A model generated the notes under the pieces. It searched no databases. It was not told the DNA's origin and was given only the letters and a program-made list of their open reading frames with translations. A stretch of 64,000 bases of DNA from a virus: positions 42,649-106,648 of IMG/VR virus record IMGVR_UViG_3300017991_000007; one strand, written 5' to 3'. Below are positions 37,796-47,796 of the stretch, piece after piece; the stretch's first letter is position 1; every line of letters begins with the position of its first letter. Position numbers and translations under genes: made by a program.

Positions 37796-39581
37796 CCTTT
37801 TCAAAGTACCCTCTTTGGACTATACAAGCCGGGATTATCAGTCAATCATTAATGACACAATTGCCCGGATTAATTTCTATGTAGAGGAATGGACGGATCA
37901 CAATCCCACGGACCCCGGCATAGTAATCCTGCAACTGTTTGCCGGTATGCACGACGTTTTGCATTGGTACATTGACCGTGGGATGAAAGAGAATTTCATT
38001 ACGGATGTTCTCGGACGGCGTTCAATTATTGCTCTTGCCGCACTTGTCGGGCAAAACTTGAAAGGGAAAGCCCCTGCGGTTGCCCTTTTGGACGTGACAC
38101 TGCAAGCCGCACAACTCAACCCTACTCCGATACCAACGGGTACTCAGTTTGGTACGGCGGGCGTTGATCCAAGCAAAACTTTTGAGTCCACTCAGGCAGT
38201 TACTATTCCGGCGGGCGCATTGACGGTTAGTGGCGTTCCCGTCATTGAAGGGGTTAAGAAATCAGGTACTTTAGGAACCTCAGACGGCAACCCTTATCAG
38301 TCTTTTGAAATCAAGACCAATGAAAACGTGTTGGATGAGGGGATTGTTGTAAAGGTAAACTCAATCGCATGGACCTATATAAAGAGTCTGGTACTTGCGG
38401 GGCCGGATGATGAGGTTTGGTCCTATGCACGGGATGAAACGGGGCGTGTATTTATCGTTTTCGGTAATGGTACTGCAAATGGAGGGACGGGAAAAATACC
38501 GCCTCTATCGGATGTAGTGACCGCTGAATGGAGAGAGGGCGGCGGGCGTGATACCAACGTGCCAAAGAATACTATCCGCACCGTAATTTCCACACTGTAT
38601 TCAGGGGGTACGCCGGTTTCAGCTTCATGCACAAACCCGGCAACCGCTGAGGGTGGGGATGAGCAAGAATCCGTATTACTGGCAAGACGGCGTATTCCCC
38701 GTGCGTATCGAAGCAATGACCGGGCGGTTATCGCACAAGACCTTGAGGCTATCGCTGAGGGCGTTCCCGGCGTTGTGCAAGCACTTGCACTGGTTACAAG
38801 TTTGGGGCATTGGACGGTCTATATCTGCCCGCAGCCGCAAGTGGGGTATGGTACCGGCGTTGATCCTTATGGGTATGCTGTTCTTTCCACCTTGGAGCTT
38901 TCGCAGACCGCTCTTGCAAACGTAGTCACTGAGGCATTGGCTGAAAAGTTGTGTGGGACCGACTCAGCTACCGCACAGATCGTTAGTTTCCGTCCTATCG
39001 ACACTACCCTAACCCTGACTCTGAAAGAGGGCGCAAACCGGGCAGACGTTGAAAATGATTTTGTGCAATTCGTAGCCAACTATTTTAATGTGCAAACCAA
39101 TTTTATTGGCCGTCCGAATCGGCTGATAGGGGATGCTCAATATAGCGATTGGGTAGGGGGAATAGATGACCTTGATGGTGTGGATTATGTCGAGGTACCA
39201 CGCTTTCAGTTGCGTCCGATGGTAGAGACACTTGCAGCGATTGGCACACCGGTATTTAGCACAATTACCTATACAATCGCTACTTTGGATGCTTATTGGG
39301 AAATCATGTTCATATCCCCCACGGCGTATGCGGTTTACCGGCAAGATATCCTCAGTGACGAAAGGATTTTGCAGGACACCATAGGAGCGATTGGCACAAC
39401 TTACGTTGCTGCAAACAACGAAATTCAGTTTCTTGTTTCGGTGCCGTCCGGCGGTGTAGAACCAAAGGCCGGGGATAGATTTAGATTCAGGGCATCCCCA
39501 ATAGCGGGGTCTGTTCGTATCTTGACCGGGGAAATGATGGCACAAGGAAACATAAATTATAACATCGTAGGGGGCGTGTAA
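37788..39581 (+). CDS. Baseplate J-like wedge protein
   Basis: DYTSRDY, WTDHNPTDPG, FGNG..GKIP, GG.EQES, RAV...D. Confidence 0.92.
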   Translation: MSNLFKVPSLDYTSRDYQSIINDTIARINFYVEEWTDHNPTDPGIVILQLFAGMHDVLHWYIDRGMKENFITDVLGRRSIIALAALVGQNLKGKAPAVALLDVTLQAAQLNPTPIPTGTQFGTAGVDPSKTFESTQAVTIPAGALTVSGVPVIEGVKKSGTLGTSDGNPYQSFEIKTNENVLDEGIVVKVNSIAWTYIKSLVLAGPDDEVWSYARDETGRVFIVFGNGTANGGTGKIPPLSDVVTAEWREGGGRDTNVPKNTIRTVISTLYSGGTPVSASCTNPATAEGGDEQESVLLARRRIPRAYRSNDRAVIAQDLEAIAEGVPGVVQALALVTSLGHWTVYICPQPQVGYGTGVDPYGYAVLSTLELSQTALANVVTEALAEKLCGTDSATAQIVSFRPIDTTLTLTLKEGANRADVENDFVQFVANYFNVQTNFIGRPNRLIGDAQYSDWVGGIDDLDGVDYVEVPRFQLRPMVETLAAIGTPVFSTITYTIATLDAYWEIMFISPTAYAVYRQDILSDERILQDTIGAIGTTYVAANNEIQFLVSVPSGGVEPKAGDRFRFRASPIAGSVRILTGEMMAQGNINYNIVGGV

Positions 39582-42244
39582 TGGGTATCCCCCGCTTTGT
39601 AGTTTGGGCAACCCCGCCGGAAGCTGCGGCAATGACTGAGGTTCAAATTCGGGTGCTATCATCCGAATCTTTGGTAGCCCGTCCGCAAGTCAGAATTGAT
39701 GGTGTATTTCCAGCTAAGTTTGAGGGGAATGATCCTGACAACCCTAATAACTATATTTATAAATACATCATGCGCCCGGACAATTACGGCTTTATCGTCG
39801 TATCTGCGACCTCATTGACAGGTGACTATGGTAGCGCACTTATCAGTGACGCTTTTATTTCCGGGGGTCCGGGTGGAAGCTTTGCCTTTGGGGAAGTACA
39901 ACACGGTCTGACTCCTTTTGGAGCCGGTGTGATCTATCCGGCAACTCTACCTGATTCCGAGCCTCTTGACGCTTTGGACTTTGGGATGCGGCGTGGTTTC
40001 GAGGGTCCGCAGATTGTGTGTTTTTGGACGGTTGACCTTGACGTTCTTACCGAGACATTCACTTTCCGTTTGAGGCGAAAAGAGCTTGATTATCCAGAGG
40101 ATGAAACGGACGGTGACTTGGTTTATAGTGGTACGGGGAGTTACTATTCAGACGTTCATCTAGTTGATGGAAAGGTTTATTATTACAAGCTTTTCATTCA
40201 ATATGACGGTACTTGGTTTGAGGGCGGTTACGGGCATATGCTTGCAATTGACAACCAAGGCAATCCCGCTTTTGCCGCTATTGATCCGGTTATCGCTATT
40301 GAATCAACACCCCCCGGCTCCCCGGCATTGGGAGATAGATATCTTATTGGAGATTCAGCAACGGGTGTGTGGGCTGGTAACGAGGATTCTATTGCTGAAT
40401 GGGATGATACTCAGTGGGTTTTTTCAGGTCCAGTTGACCGTTGGTTGGTCAAAGATTTGGATACCGAGATTTGGCTTACATATAGGAGAGAGGCGTGGAT
40501 AGCGTCACCTCTGAAAGACCGTTTGAACCTCTATGACTTCATGGATGTTTATGACCTTGACCAAGATAAGAAGTCTACTACCAAGAGATTCTTACCCGCT
40601 GAGAGTGAGGTTTTGCAGGGTGAGAGCTTTAACTTTGATGAGAGTACGAATATCGACAAGTTTACCGAGCAACGGTTTCTCAAGATTTTCACGCTGCTTA
40701 TGGGAGTAGCCCAAGGCTTGATCGACTACTATGATGAGGCGTATCAACTCGCAACTGTAGATAAAGATATGTTGGTCCGGGCCGGGGCGTTGGTGGGCTA
40801 TGATGACTTTCCTACTTTGGATACGTCCTTACGCAGATTCCTCATTTCTCAAATCAATGCCGTGTATCCGGTTATGGGACTTTTTGAGCGTGTCAGCCAT
40901 GCTATTGAAATGTGGTTAGGCACGGGCGTTACCTACGACCTCAAGAAATACGCTGCAAATGACTTTGAGGTAAATGAGAGTGAGCTTGCGGTTGTTACCC
41001 CTACCCCTGAGAAAACGGGAACCTATGACGATGCTGGATACTTCATTTCGAGTCTTGATCCTGAAAGCGTAATTAATTTCAAAGGCTTGGGAATTTTCCT
41101 TGACCGGGCAGTAGAGCCTTTTGAGTATTTGGTTGCCGGTGATTCCATGCTCCCTTATGTGTTAAGTGCTACTACGTCTGCCCCGCCTCCTGCAACAGAT
41201 GGTGATTTTTATCTTGTACCGGTTGGAGCGTCGGGTGGGTGGACCGGGTGGGATGGTTTGATTGCACTTTACACCTCTGGTTTAGGGTGGATACCATTGG
41301 TGCCAAGACATAGGGACGGCGTGATTGCCCAAGATACCGGTGATACTTGGGTATTTAATGCTACTAACCCTCTCAATGGTTTTTGGATGGTTGCCTTATC
41401 GGATGAGCTAAAGCTTGTCTTGGAATGGTGGTTAAAGAATTACGTTTTGCCGGATACAACTATCAGGGGTCTTTTTGAAATCAAAAACGAGCGATATTCA
41501 GGTGTGGAAAGCTTTGAGGGCTTTTCCGTTGGACCTTTGGTGCCTGTGTCCGGCAATTATTATCGGGGTCGTAGTGCCATGTGGACTGACTTCTTAGTAG
41601 GGTCGCCGCCTCCTACTTGGGTTGGCTCTTATATTGTTGTGACGGGGGGTACTCCAAAGACGGGGTTGAAAGAGTTAAAGACTGACTTGACCGGCGGTAT
41701 CCCGGTTGCCGGTAGTCCTCAGTTCCTTTCCGGGGCTGCTTTCGTGGGCTTTCCGGGCGCATTTCGGAATGAGGAATTTTACTTTGAGACTTACCTGAGA
41801 TTTCCCGTTACTTGGCCGGGTCCGTCACTCTTTGGGATAACGGGTTTTCAGTGGGCTTTGGTGCCTTTTAGTTTATCTATGCTTACAACCGGGTCTTTCA
41901 ATCCAAGGGTTATCCTAGAGGCCGGTTGGAATGTGGGAAGCGGTATAAAGCTTCAATTTTCGGTTGAGGATTTGCCTACCGGTACTACAACTTTTAGTCC
42001 ACAAATTCCTATGTCCTATTTGGCTGATAACCAGTGGCACAAGCTCAAAATAAGTTTGACAACAAGCGGTTTTTTGAAAATAGATTTAGATGACGGGTAC
42101 GTTTTAATTCAGCAAGCCTTTGCAATTCCAGAGGTTTTACAGTTCCTTTCCGGCGGGGTTTATACCGCAGGGTATTCCGCAGTTGGACCCGTACTTGATG
42201 TACCGGATCACTTTATGGATGATATGACACTTGGTAGAGTCTAA
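39581..42244 (+). CDS. Baseplate wedge / tail protein I-like, with two DUF2793-like modules and a lectin-like C-terminus
   Basis: Follows gpJ; PALGDRYLIG..ATGVWAG and DGDFYLVPVGASGGW.G modules. Confidence 0.7.
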   Translation: MGIPRFVVWATPPEAAAMTEVQIRVLSSESLVARPQVRIDGVFPAKFEGNDPDNPNNYIYKYIMRPDNYGFIVVSATSLTGDYGSALISDAFISGGPGGSFAFGEVQHGLTPFGAGVIYPATLPDSEPLDALDFGMRRGFEGPQIVCFWTVDLDVLTETFTFRLRRKELDYPEDETDGDLVYSGTGSYYSDVHLVDGKVYYYKLFIQYDGTWFEGGYGHMLAIDNQGNPAFAAIDPVIAIESTPPGSPALGDRYLIGDSATGVWAGNEDSIAEWDDTQWVFSGPVDRWLVKDLDTEIWLTYRREAWIASPLKDRLNLYDFMDVYDLDQDKKSTTKRFLPAESEVLQGESFNFDESTNIDKFTEQRFLKIFTLLMGVAQGLIDYYDEAYQLATVDKDMLVRAGALVGYDDFPTLDTSLRRFLISQINAVYPVMGLFERVSHAIEMWLGTGVTYDLKKYAANDFEVNESELAVVTPTPEKTGTYDDAGYFISSLDPESVINFKGLGIFLDRAVEPFEYLVAGDSMLPYVLSATTSAPPPATDGDFYLVPVGASGGWTGWDGLIALYTSGLGWIPLVPRHRDGVIAQDTGDTWVFNATNPLNGFWMVALSDELKLVLEWWLKNYVLPDTTIRGLFEIKNERYSGVESFEGFSVGPLVPVSGNYYRGRSAMWTDFLVGSPPPTWVGSYIVVTGGTPKTGLKELKTDLTGGIPVAGSPQFLSGAAFVGFPGAFRNEEFYFETYLRFPVTWPGPSLFGITGFQWALVPFSLSMLTTGSFNPRVILEAGWNVGSGIKLQFSVEDLPTGTTTFSPQIPMSYLADNQWHKLKISLTTSGFLKIDLDDGYVLIQQAFAIPEVLQFLSGGVYTAGYSAVGPVLDVPDHFMDDMTLGRV

Positions 42245-42279
42245 ATGTTGTGGTAGATTCTATCTAAAGGGAGTTGATA

Positions 42280-45200
42280 ATGAGCAAGATTCTGCAAATG
42301 CCGTTTACCGGGGATTATTCCCGTGACATTTTCTCCGAGCGTAAAAAGTACATAGGTGCGCTGCTACAGCAGGGTAAGAAGCTGATTGATGCGGATATGA
42401 ATGATGAGATTCAGGAACGCATTATAAGGCTGCAACGCATCGTTTCGTCTGCGTTTCCGGCTCAAGCTTATGGTGACTCCTTTAAGCTTGTCCAGAGAGT
42501 GAGTCCGGGGGATAGGTCCAATGATTTCCTTATCTTGGCCCGCACCGAATTAGGAAGTCCGGCGGCTGCTACGAATCCTGAATCCTATGCCAGAATGTAT
42601 CTTGGGGGTTTGGGAGCTATTCTTTCCAACGCTGACTCTAATGAGGGTGTGCCTTTCGGTTACGTTGGCGGGGGTACTGGTATTGAGTACCTTTTTGGGG
42701 AAATTCATCATCGGAGTACGGACCTTACCGCAACCGTTCTGACTGATACCAACGCTCGTTTCGTTCCTAATGAGCTTATCGGGATGTACGTCATTCCAAA
42801 TACGGTTGATGGTACCGAGTTTCAGATTGCCAGCAATACCGAGACAACGATAACAATTGTTTCCGGTAGTATGTTGACCGTGGGAGCGGGCGGTGACTTC
42901 TATAGGGTGCGTCCTGTGGCTCCGGGTATCGTTCCCCTTTATGCAATTACGGCTTTTGCGGATGCGGGCGGGGGCTTAGTCACCGTTACCGCAGCCGGTC
43001 ATGGTTTTGTTGATGGTGACACGGTTACTATCACGGGTACCACAAATTACAACGGTGATTTTGTTGTATCCAATGTAGTTGCGGGTGCTACCTTCGATAT
43101 TGAGGCAACGTGGGCAGGGGATGACGCAACGGGTAACGTGATTTTGGCATATCCGGGGCGGCGTGATCTTGTCTTTTTGGATATCTATATTGGAGAAATG
43201 ACCGGGGATGAGGATACGGACCTCTTGCATCCTCTAGGAGCCGGTTATGAGTCCGCACGGCGCATGGTTGTCCGGCAACAAATTATGGTCCGGCAAAACG
43301 ATACATTAGGTGGTTTGCTCAATCCGAATTACACGTCACCCGGTTTGCCGTGGGTTGCGGACCCGACTGCCCTTGAGGGTTACTATCAGGACAATAACGG
43401 ACAAATGCACTACCTTGTCAAACTTGCTGAAATTGCAAGGCAGTCCGGCGTTTCTGATATTACAGATTCCATTACGGTTGGTGTCCAGACCATAGAGGGT
43501 ATCGTAGATTTGCGTGATCCTTGGTTTGGTTCAAGCCGGGAAGTGGTTGCCGCAAGGCGTGGTTTCGATTCTCTTGAGGAAAGCATTGAGGATGCCATTG
43601 ATCAAGGGGATAGGTATAGTGCGGCTCCTACCCAAGCTACAAAGGCTTTTTCTGGAAATAATACCGTAAATTTGACCGGAAATGTTTATGTGGGAGAAAG
43701 CCCCTCAGACAATATTGCCTACTCTGCAAAGATTTATGATGCGAATGGGGAGAATCCGGTAAGAGCGGATGCGGCCTCAGTGATTTCTACCTTGAGTTCG
43801 TATTTTCTAAGCAGTGACGATTTGGACATATCTGTAAATGGCGGTCCTATCGTTTCCCTCACTGGTTTAACTGCGACGGGTTTGACCAATCTCGTCAATT
43901 ACTTCAATACCACTATTTTTCCAGGGGAGCCGGATTTGGCTGGAAAGGTGCAAGCGGTTGCACTCCAAGGCCGGTATTTTGCTCTTAAATCTCTGGTTTC
44001 CGGGTACACCTCTGAAATACATCTTTATGCCGGGTCAAGTGCGTTGCCTAAACTTTTTGGTACCTCTCAGTATTTCAATCCGGGGGATCAATTTAATGAC
44101 GGCGCAAACGGGCTTGTGACCAACGGGCAGCGAGAGCCGAAGGTTAAGGAAATTGGCTCCGATAACGTGACGTGGGGTAGCAACAGTGTCATCGGTGCGC
44201 CCACTCAAGACCCAACCCGTTTCTATCCGAATCCGTGGTTTGCTTTCGATGCCATTATTCCGGCGGGCAGTTACATTGTCCGGTACGGAGTAAGAACGGC
44301 CTTTGTTGATGAGCCGTCCAATAGATTCCTGCGACGGGATATGTATCCCGGTCTGACTCAGTATGACCGCAGACTTGAGGTAGAGCATTACTACGATGGT
44401 CAACATAGAGATATTTTCCTGAAAGAGCGGATGATTGACCTTGGTATTTTGGCCGGTCAAGTCAACGCCGAGACTTTCAGGCTTGAGGCTGATATCACCT
44501 CTTTTAATGGGGTAGCCCTTTACACCGTTGGTTTTGCAGACGTAACCACTATTGAGGGAATGCTTGCGCTCTTGGTACCCAAAGGCGGCGGCGTAATGAC
44601 CGGCATTCTTAGAATGGGTGACGTTATTGATATGCAGGGTAACTATATCAATGACGTTGCAGACCCCGTGCTAGATACGGATGCTGCCAATAAGGGATAC
44701 GTTGATTCCGTTGCTGAGGGTTTGAATATTAAAGATGCTTGTCGGTGTGCGACAACCGGACCTGTAATTATCGCATCCGAGCTTGAGGCCGGTGACATTA
44801 TCGACGGGTACACCTTAGTTGCCGGGGATAGGATTCTTGTAAAAGACCAAGCAAATCCAGATCAAAAAGAAAACGGTATTTGGGTAGCTCAAGCGTCCGG
44901 TGCGGCTCAAAGACCCTCAGATTGGGATTCCTCTACCCCGAATACGTCCGGCTCTTTTGTTTATATTGAGGATGGTACGACAAACGGCAATACCGGGTGG
45001 GTTATGAATACCCCCGGTGATCCTATCGTAGATTCTGCGGCTACAACGTGGGTACAGTTTGCCGGTGCGGGTACTTATACCGCCGGGGCAGGGCTTGACT
45101 TAACTGGTACGGTATTCAGTGTTAAACTGCCCGCTCTTTCAGGCTTGTCAGCTTCAATACCTTCTGGTTTGTCAGTTCAAATAGGGGCCGTTGGAGGTCC

Positions 45201-47121
45201 AGCGGCGGGCCTTTTTATTGATGCCGGGGGTCTGCATATTCCCTCATCTTTTGCCGGACAAGGTTTGGTTGGCGGTAGCGGTTTTGCTTTTGCTCTTGAT
45301 CTTGACGGGGCCGGGGGAGCGACTAACAATTATGGTTTACAGATTGTTTCCAATCAACTCCGAGTCCGAGCCGGGAATAATATCTACTTTGACCCTACTG
45401 ACAATTATGCGATTGCGGTAAGCAATGCAATTTCAGACGCAACCTCTACCGGTACGGTGACTACAAACCATACACGGGGAGTCTTTTGCTCCTTTGACGG
45501 GGAAGCATCCCAAGTTCGTAGTGCGGTTATCGCTTGTGAGGAAATGGCGTTGCCGGACGGCGGGGTAGGGGAGCAAAATAATGCTTGTATGGCCTCAGAG
45601 GGGAACGGCGGGGCATACGCAGTAAAAGATAGCGCACTTATAGCAACCGCCGGGGCTTGCTCCATTGTCGGTTTCACCTTGCCGCCTCTCTTTATCCCAA
45701 CCGATATCAGGGCAAGGCACTGTACCGTCATTGGCTGCCTGAGTTCATCAATTATTGCTGGTACTGCGACTGCAAACCTTGAGATTAACCGTGGGTCCAT
45801 TATCGCAAGTGATACTTGCCAAATGGCGGGAACAGTTGCCGGGATTGAGGACTCTCTTATTGCGGCCTCCAACACCTCAGATATGACCCCTGCGGTTGCG
45901 GATGCTCTGATTTTCACCTCAGCCATTATTGCTACTGCTAGTTGTACTATGGCACCTGAAACTGAGACTGTGCCTCTTAGACGTTCCGTTATTATTGCCT
46001 CACAACTTTGTGAGACAAAACGTGGGGATGAGCTTTTTACCGCAGCCGGTTTTGAGTCGGATTTTGGGGATGTATCCGGGGGTACGCCTCAGCATTGCGC
46101 TATGGTTGCGGTTAATAATTGTACCGTGAATATTGATGAATCTACCGTTCTGCAATCAGCCATTATAGGTAGTATAAACTGTGATATTGGTAATGCCGGT
46201 GTCAGCGGCGGTCAAATTGCGGATTGTGCTATCGTAGCTTGTCGGAATGATGCAAATATTTACACGCCAACCGTGAATACGGCTAGAGCGTCCGGGATGT
46301 TCGCTTGCGACGGCGGGGCTATCGTAACGGCTGGTAGTACGGCTACAGGAACTTCTATAATCAGTTCTGAAAGTTGCGTAAATAGTGCTGATTATTGCTG
46401 CTTGGTAGCCTCATCTTTCTATGTTCCGGTCAACGCTCCCCTTCAAGGCAATCCCAATTTCACCTTGCAGGGTGGTAGCGGCGGTGTTGGTAGGTGGTTA
46501 TGCTCATCCCGTGATGGAATTATGTACACCAATACAACTCCGGGCTTTATTTCAGGCGGTATTGACTATGCTGAAATGTTTGAGAGTGCCGATGGAAACC
46601 CGATAGCTGTTGGTTTCTTAACCACGTTTGATGAAACTGATACTGAGAAAATCAGGAAAGCGACGGCTGCGGATGACTTCTTGCTTGGACCTGTTTCCTC
46701 AAGTCCGGGTTTCCTTTGTGGGGATGAGTCTTTTGAGTGGCATGGCAAGTATAAGCGGGATGATTTCGGGCGTATTCTTACTGAGGTCGTACCTAATGAT
46801 CAATGGACACCTGACATTGAGGCGGGTGAGACTGAGGATGACCGTCCGAACATAACAGTTGGGCAGATTGCGGATGCTTATGATCCTGAAATGGAATATC
46901 AACCCCGTACTTTGCGGTCTGAATGGAATATGATTGGTCTTGTCGGTCAAGTCCGGGTCCGGTGTGACGCTACGTTGGCAGCGGGTAATTGGATTAAGTC
47001 GGATGATTCGGGTTATGCTACTCCCTCAGTTGACAGGGGCATGGGTTGGCGTTGCATGAAAATAGAGGTTCCTTTTGATGCTGAAACCGGATATGGTATT
47101 GCAACTATTCTGATTCGATAA
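42280..47121 (+). CDS. Tail fibre/spike: DUF6519-like N-terminus, beta-helix, C-terminal peptidase-G2-type intramolecular chaperone
   Basis: GDYSRD.F...Y...L.QQG...DAD.N; DAANKGYVD; DYAEMFES...W.GKY.RDDFGR...Y.PR..R.EW..IGL.GQ. Confidence 0.85.
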   Translation: MSKILQMPFTGDYSRDIFSERKKYIGALLQQGKKLIDADMNDEIQERIIRLQRIVSSAFPAQAYGDSFKLVQRVSPGDRSNDFLILARTELGSPAAATNPESYARMYLGGLGAILSNADSNEGVPFGYVGGGTGIEYLFGEIHHRSTDLTATVLTDTNARFVPNELIGMYVIPNTVDGTEFQIASNTETTITIVSGSMLTVGAGGDFYRVRPVAPGIVPLYAITAFADAGGGLVTVTAAGHGFVDGDTVTITGTTNYNGDFVVSNVVAGATFDIEATWAGDDATGNVILAYPGRRDLVFLDIYIGEMTGDEDTDLLHPLGAGYESARRMVVRQQIMVRQNDTLGGLLNPNYTSPGLPWVADPTALEGYYQDNNGQMHYLVKLAEIARQSGVSDITDSITVGVQTIEGIVDLRDPWFGSSREVVAARRGFDSLEESIEDAIDQGDRYSAAPTQATKAFSGNNTVNLTGNVYVGESPSDNIAYSAKIYDANGENPVRADAASVISTLSSYFLSSDDLDISVNGGPIVSLTGLTATGLTNLVNYFNTTIFPGEPDLAGKVQAVALQGRYFALKSLVSGYTSEIHLYAGSSALPKLFGTSQYFNPGDQFNDGANGLVTNGQREPKVKEIGSDNVTWGSNSVIGAPTQDPTRFYPNPWFAFDAIIPAGSYIVRYGVRTAFVDEPSNRFLRRDMYPGLTQYDRRLEVEHYYDGQHRDIFLKERMIDLGILAGQVNAETFRLEADITSFNGVALYTVGFADVTTIEGMLALLVPKGGGVMTGILRMGDVIDMQGNYINDVADPVLDTDAANKGYVDSVAEGLNIKDACRCATTGPVIIASELEAGDIIDGYTLVAGDRILVKDQANPDQKENGIWVAQASGAAQRPSDWDSSTPNTSGSFVYIEDGTTNGNTGWVMNTPGDPIVDSAATTWVQFAGAGTYTAGAGLDLTGTVFSVKLPALSGLSASIPSGLSVQIGAVGGPAAGLFIDAGGLHIPSSFAGQGLVGGSGFAFALDLDGAGGATNNYGLQIVSNQLRVRAGNNIYFDPTDNYAIAVSNAISDATSTGTVTTNHTRGVFCSFDGEASQVRSAVIACEEMALPDGGVGEQNNACMASEGNGGAYAVKDSALIATAGACSIVGFTLPPLFIPTDIRARHCTVIGCLSSSIIAGTATANLEINRGSIIASDTCQMAGTVAGIEDSLIAASNTSDMTPAVADALIFTSAIIATASCTMAPETETVPLRRSVIIASQLCETKRGDELFTAAGFESDFGDVSGGTPQHCAMVAVNNCTVNIDESTVLQSAIIGSINCDIGNAGVSGGQIADCAIVACRNDANIYTPTVNTARASGMFACDGGAIVTAGSTATGTSIISSESCVNSADYCCLVASSFYVPVNAPLQGNPNFTLQGGSGGVGRWLCSSRDGIMYTNTTPGFISGGIDYAEMFESADGNPIAVGFLTTFDETDTEKIRKATAADDFLLGPVSSSPGFLCGDESFEWHGKYKRDDFGRILTEVVPNDQWTPDIEAGETEDDRPNITVGQIADAYDPEMEYQPRTLRSEWNMIGLVGQVRVRCDATLAAGNWIKSDDSGYATPSVDRGMGWRCMKIEVPFDAETGYGIATILIR

Positions 47122-47134
47122 GGAAAGGCGCACT

Positions 47135-47452
47135 ATGCTTGACAAGTTCGTAGAGTATGCCATTTCTGAGGGACCGTGGGCAGTTGTCTGCATAGTTCTT
47201 ACTTGGTTATGGCTGCGTACTCGAAAAGAGGCAAAAGCAACGGTTGATGCTCTAGTTGACGAAAAGAAAAGTCTTGCAAAAGATTTGCTTGCCGAAAAAG
47301 ACGCAAGGCGGGTAGAGGCGTTGGAGCTATCACAAAAGGGGCATGAAACCGTTGCCGAATTGGTCAAGCTAATGGACAAACTGGAAAGCACTCTTAACCG
47401 TGTAGAGGCAGCTATGGTTGGTTGTCTCAGGTCGCAAGGGGGTAAAACATGA
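47135..47452 (+). CDS. Holin-like protein (one TM helix plus coiled coil)
   Basis: SEGPWAVVCIVLTWLW (BhlA/UviB-like); follows the tail fibre gene. Confidence 0.6.
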   Translation: MLDKFVEYAISEGPWAVVCIVLTWLWLRTRKEAKATVDALVDEKKSLAKDLLAEKDARRVEALELSQKGHETVAELVKLMDKLESTLNRVEAAMVGCLRSQGGKT

Positions 47453-47643
47453 AACTTTTTCTACTGCGTTGGACGGGGGTTATTCCAAAGGATATCAAAA
47501 CCGTTGATGACTTGAAAGAGGATATCCCAAAATGCAAACCCCCACAACCTAACGGGGTGGAATATGATGCTCTAAAAAAGCGGATTTCTGGAATGCTGGC
47601 AACGGTTACACTATTTTTAGACCGGGTAAATTTGACTCCTTAA
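47449..47643 (+). CDS. Small hypothetical protein
   Basis: ATGA overlap; RBS AAGGGGGT. Confidence 0.6.
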   Translation: MKLFLLRWTGVIPKDIKTVDDLKEDIPKCKPPQPNGVEYDALKKRISGMLATVTLFLDRVNLTP

Positions 47644-47691
47644 CCTTTTATATTCCACACGCACACGCAAGGATGCCTTAATAAAAAAAAG

Positions 47692-47742
47692 TGCATCCGC
47701 TTGCATTTTTTCCTTGACAAGTCTTTTTTGCATTGTTATGGT
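47692..47742 (+). promoter_or_regulatory. TGCA-N6-TGCA box plus sigma70 promoter
   Basis: Box 47692-47705, 8-nt gap, TTGACA 47714, 17 nt, TATGGT 47737; very similar to 6513-6563. Confidence 0.85.
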
Positions 47743-47796
47743 TTTGGGCGTGGAACGGAATTGAAAACTTAAACGGCAAACCAAAGGGGTAGCGTT

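Noticed and set aside
24370-47121. Stand-alone eCIS or tailocin
   Set aside because: Portal, protease, capsid and a replication module are linked, so this is a phage
42280-47121. Diversity-generating retroelement or invertible fibre cassette
   Set aside because: No reverse transcriptase, invertase or TR/VR duplicate seen in the window
47139-47167. Promoter at the TTGACA in the start of the holin-like gene
   Set aside because: No -10 element at 17-nt spacing
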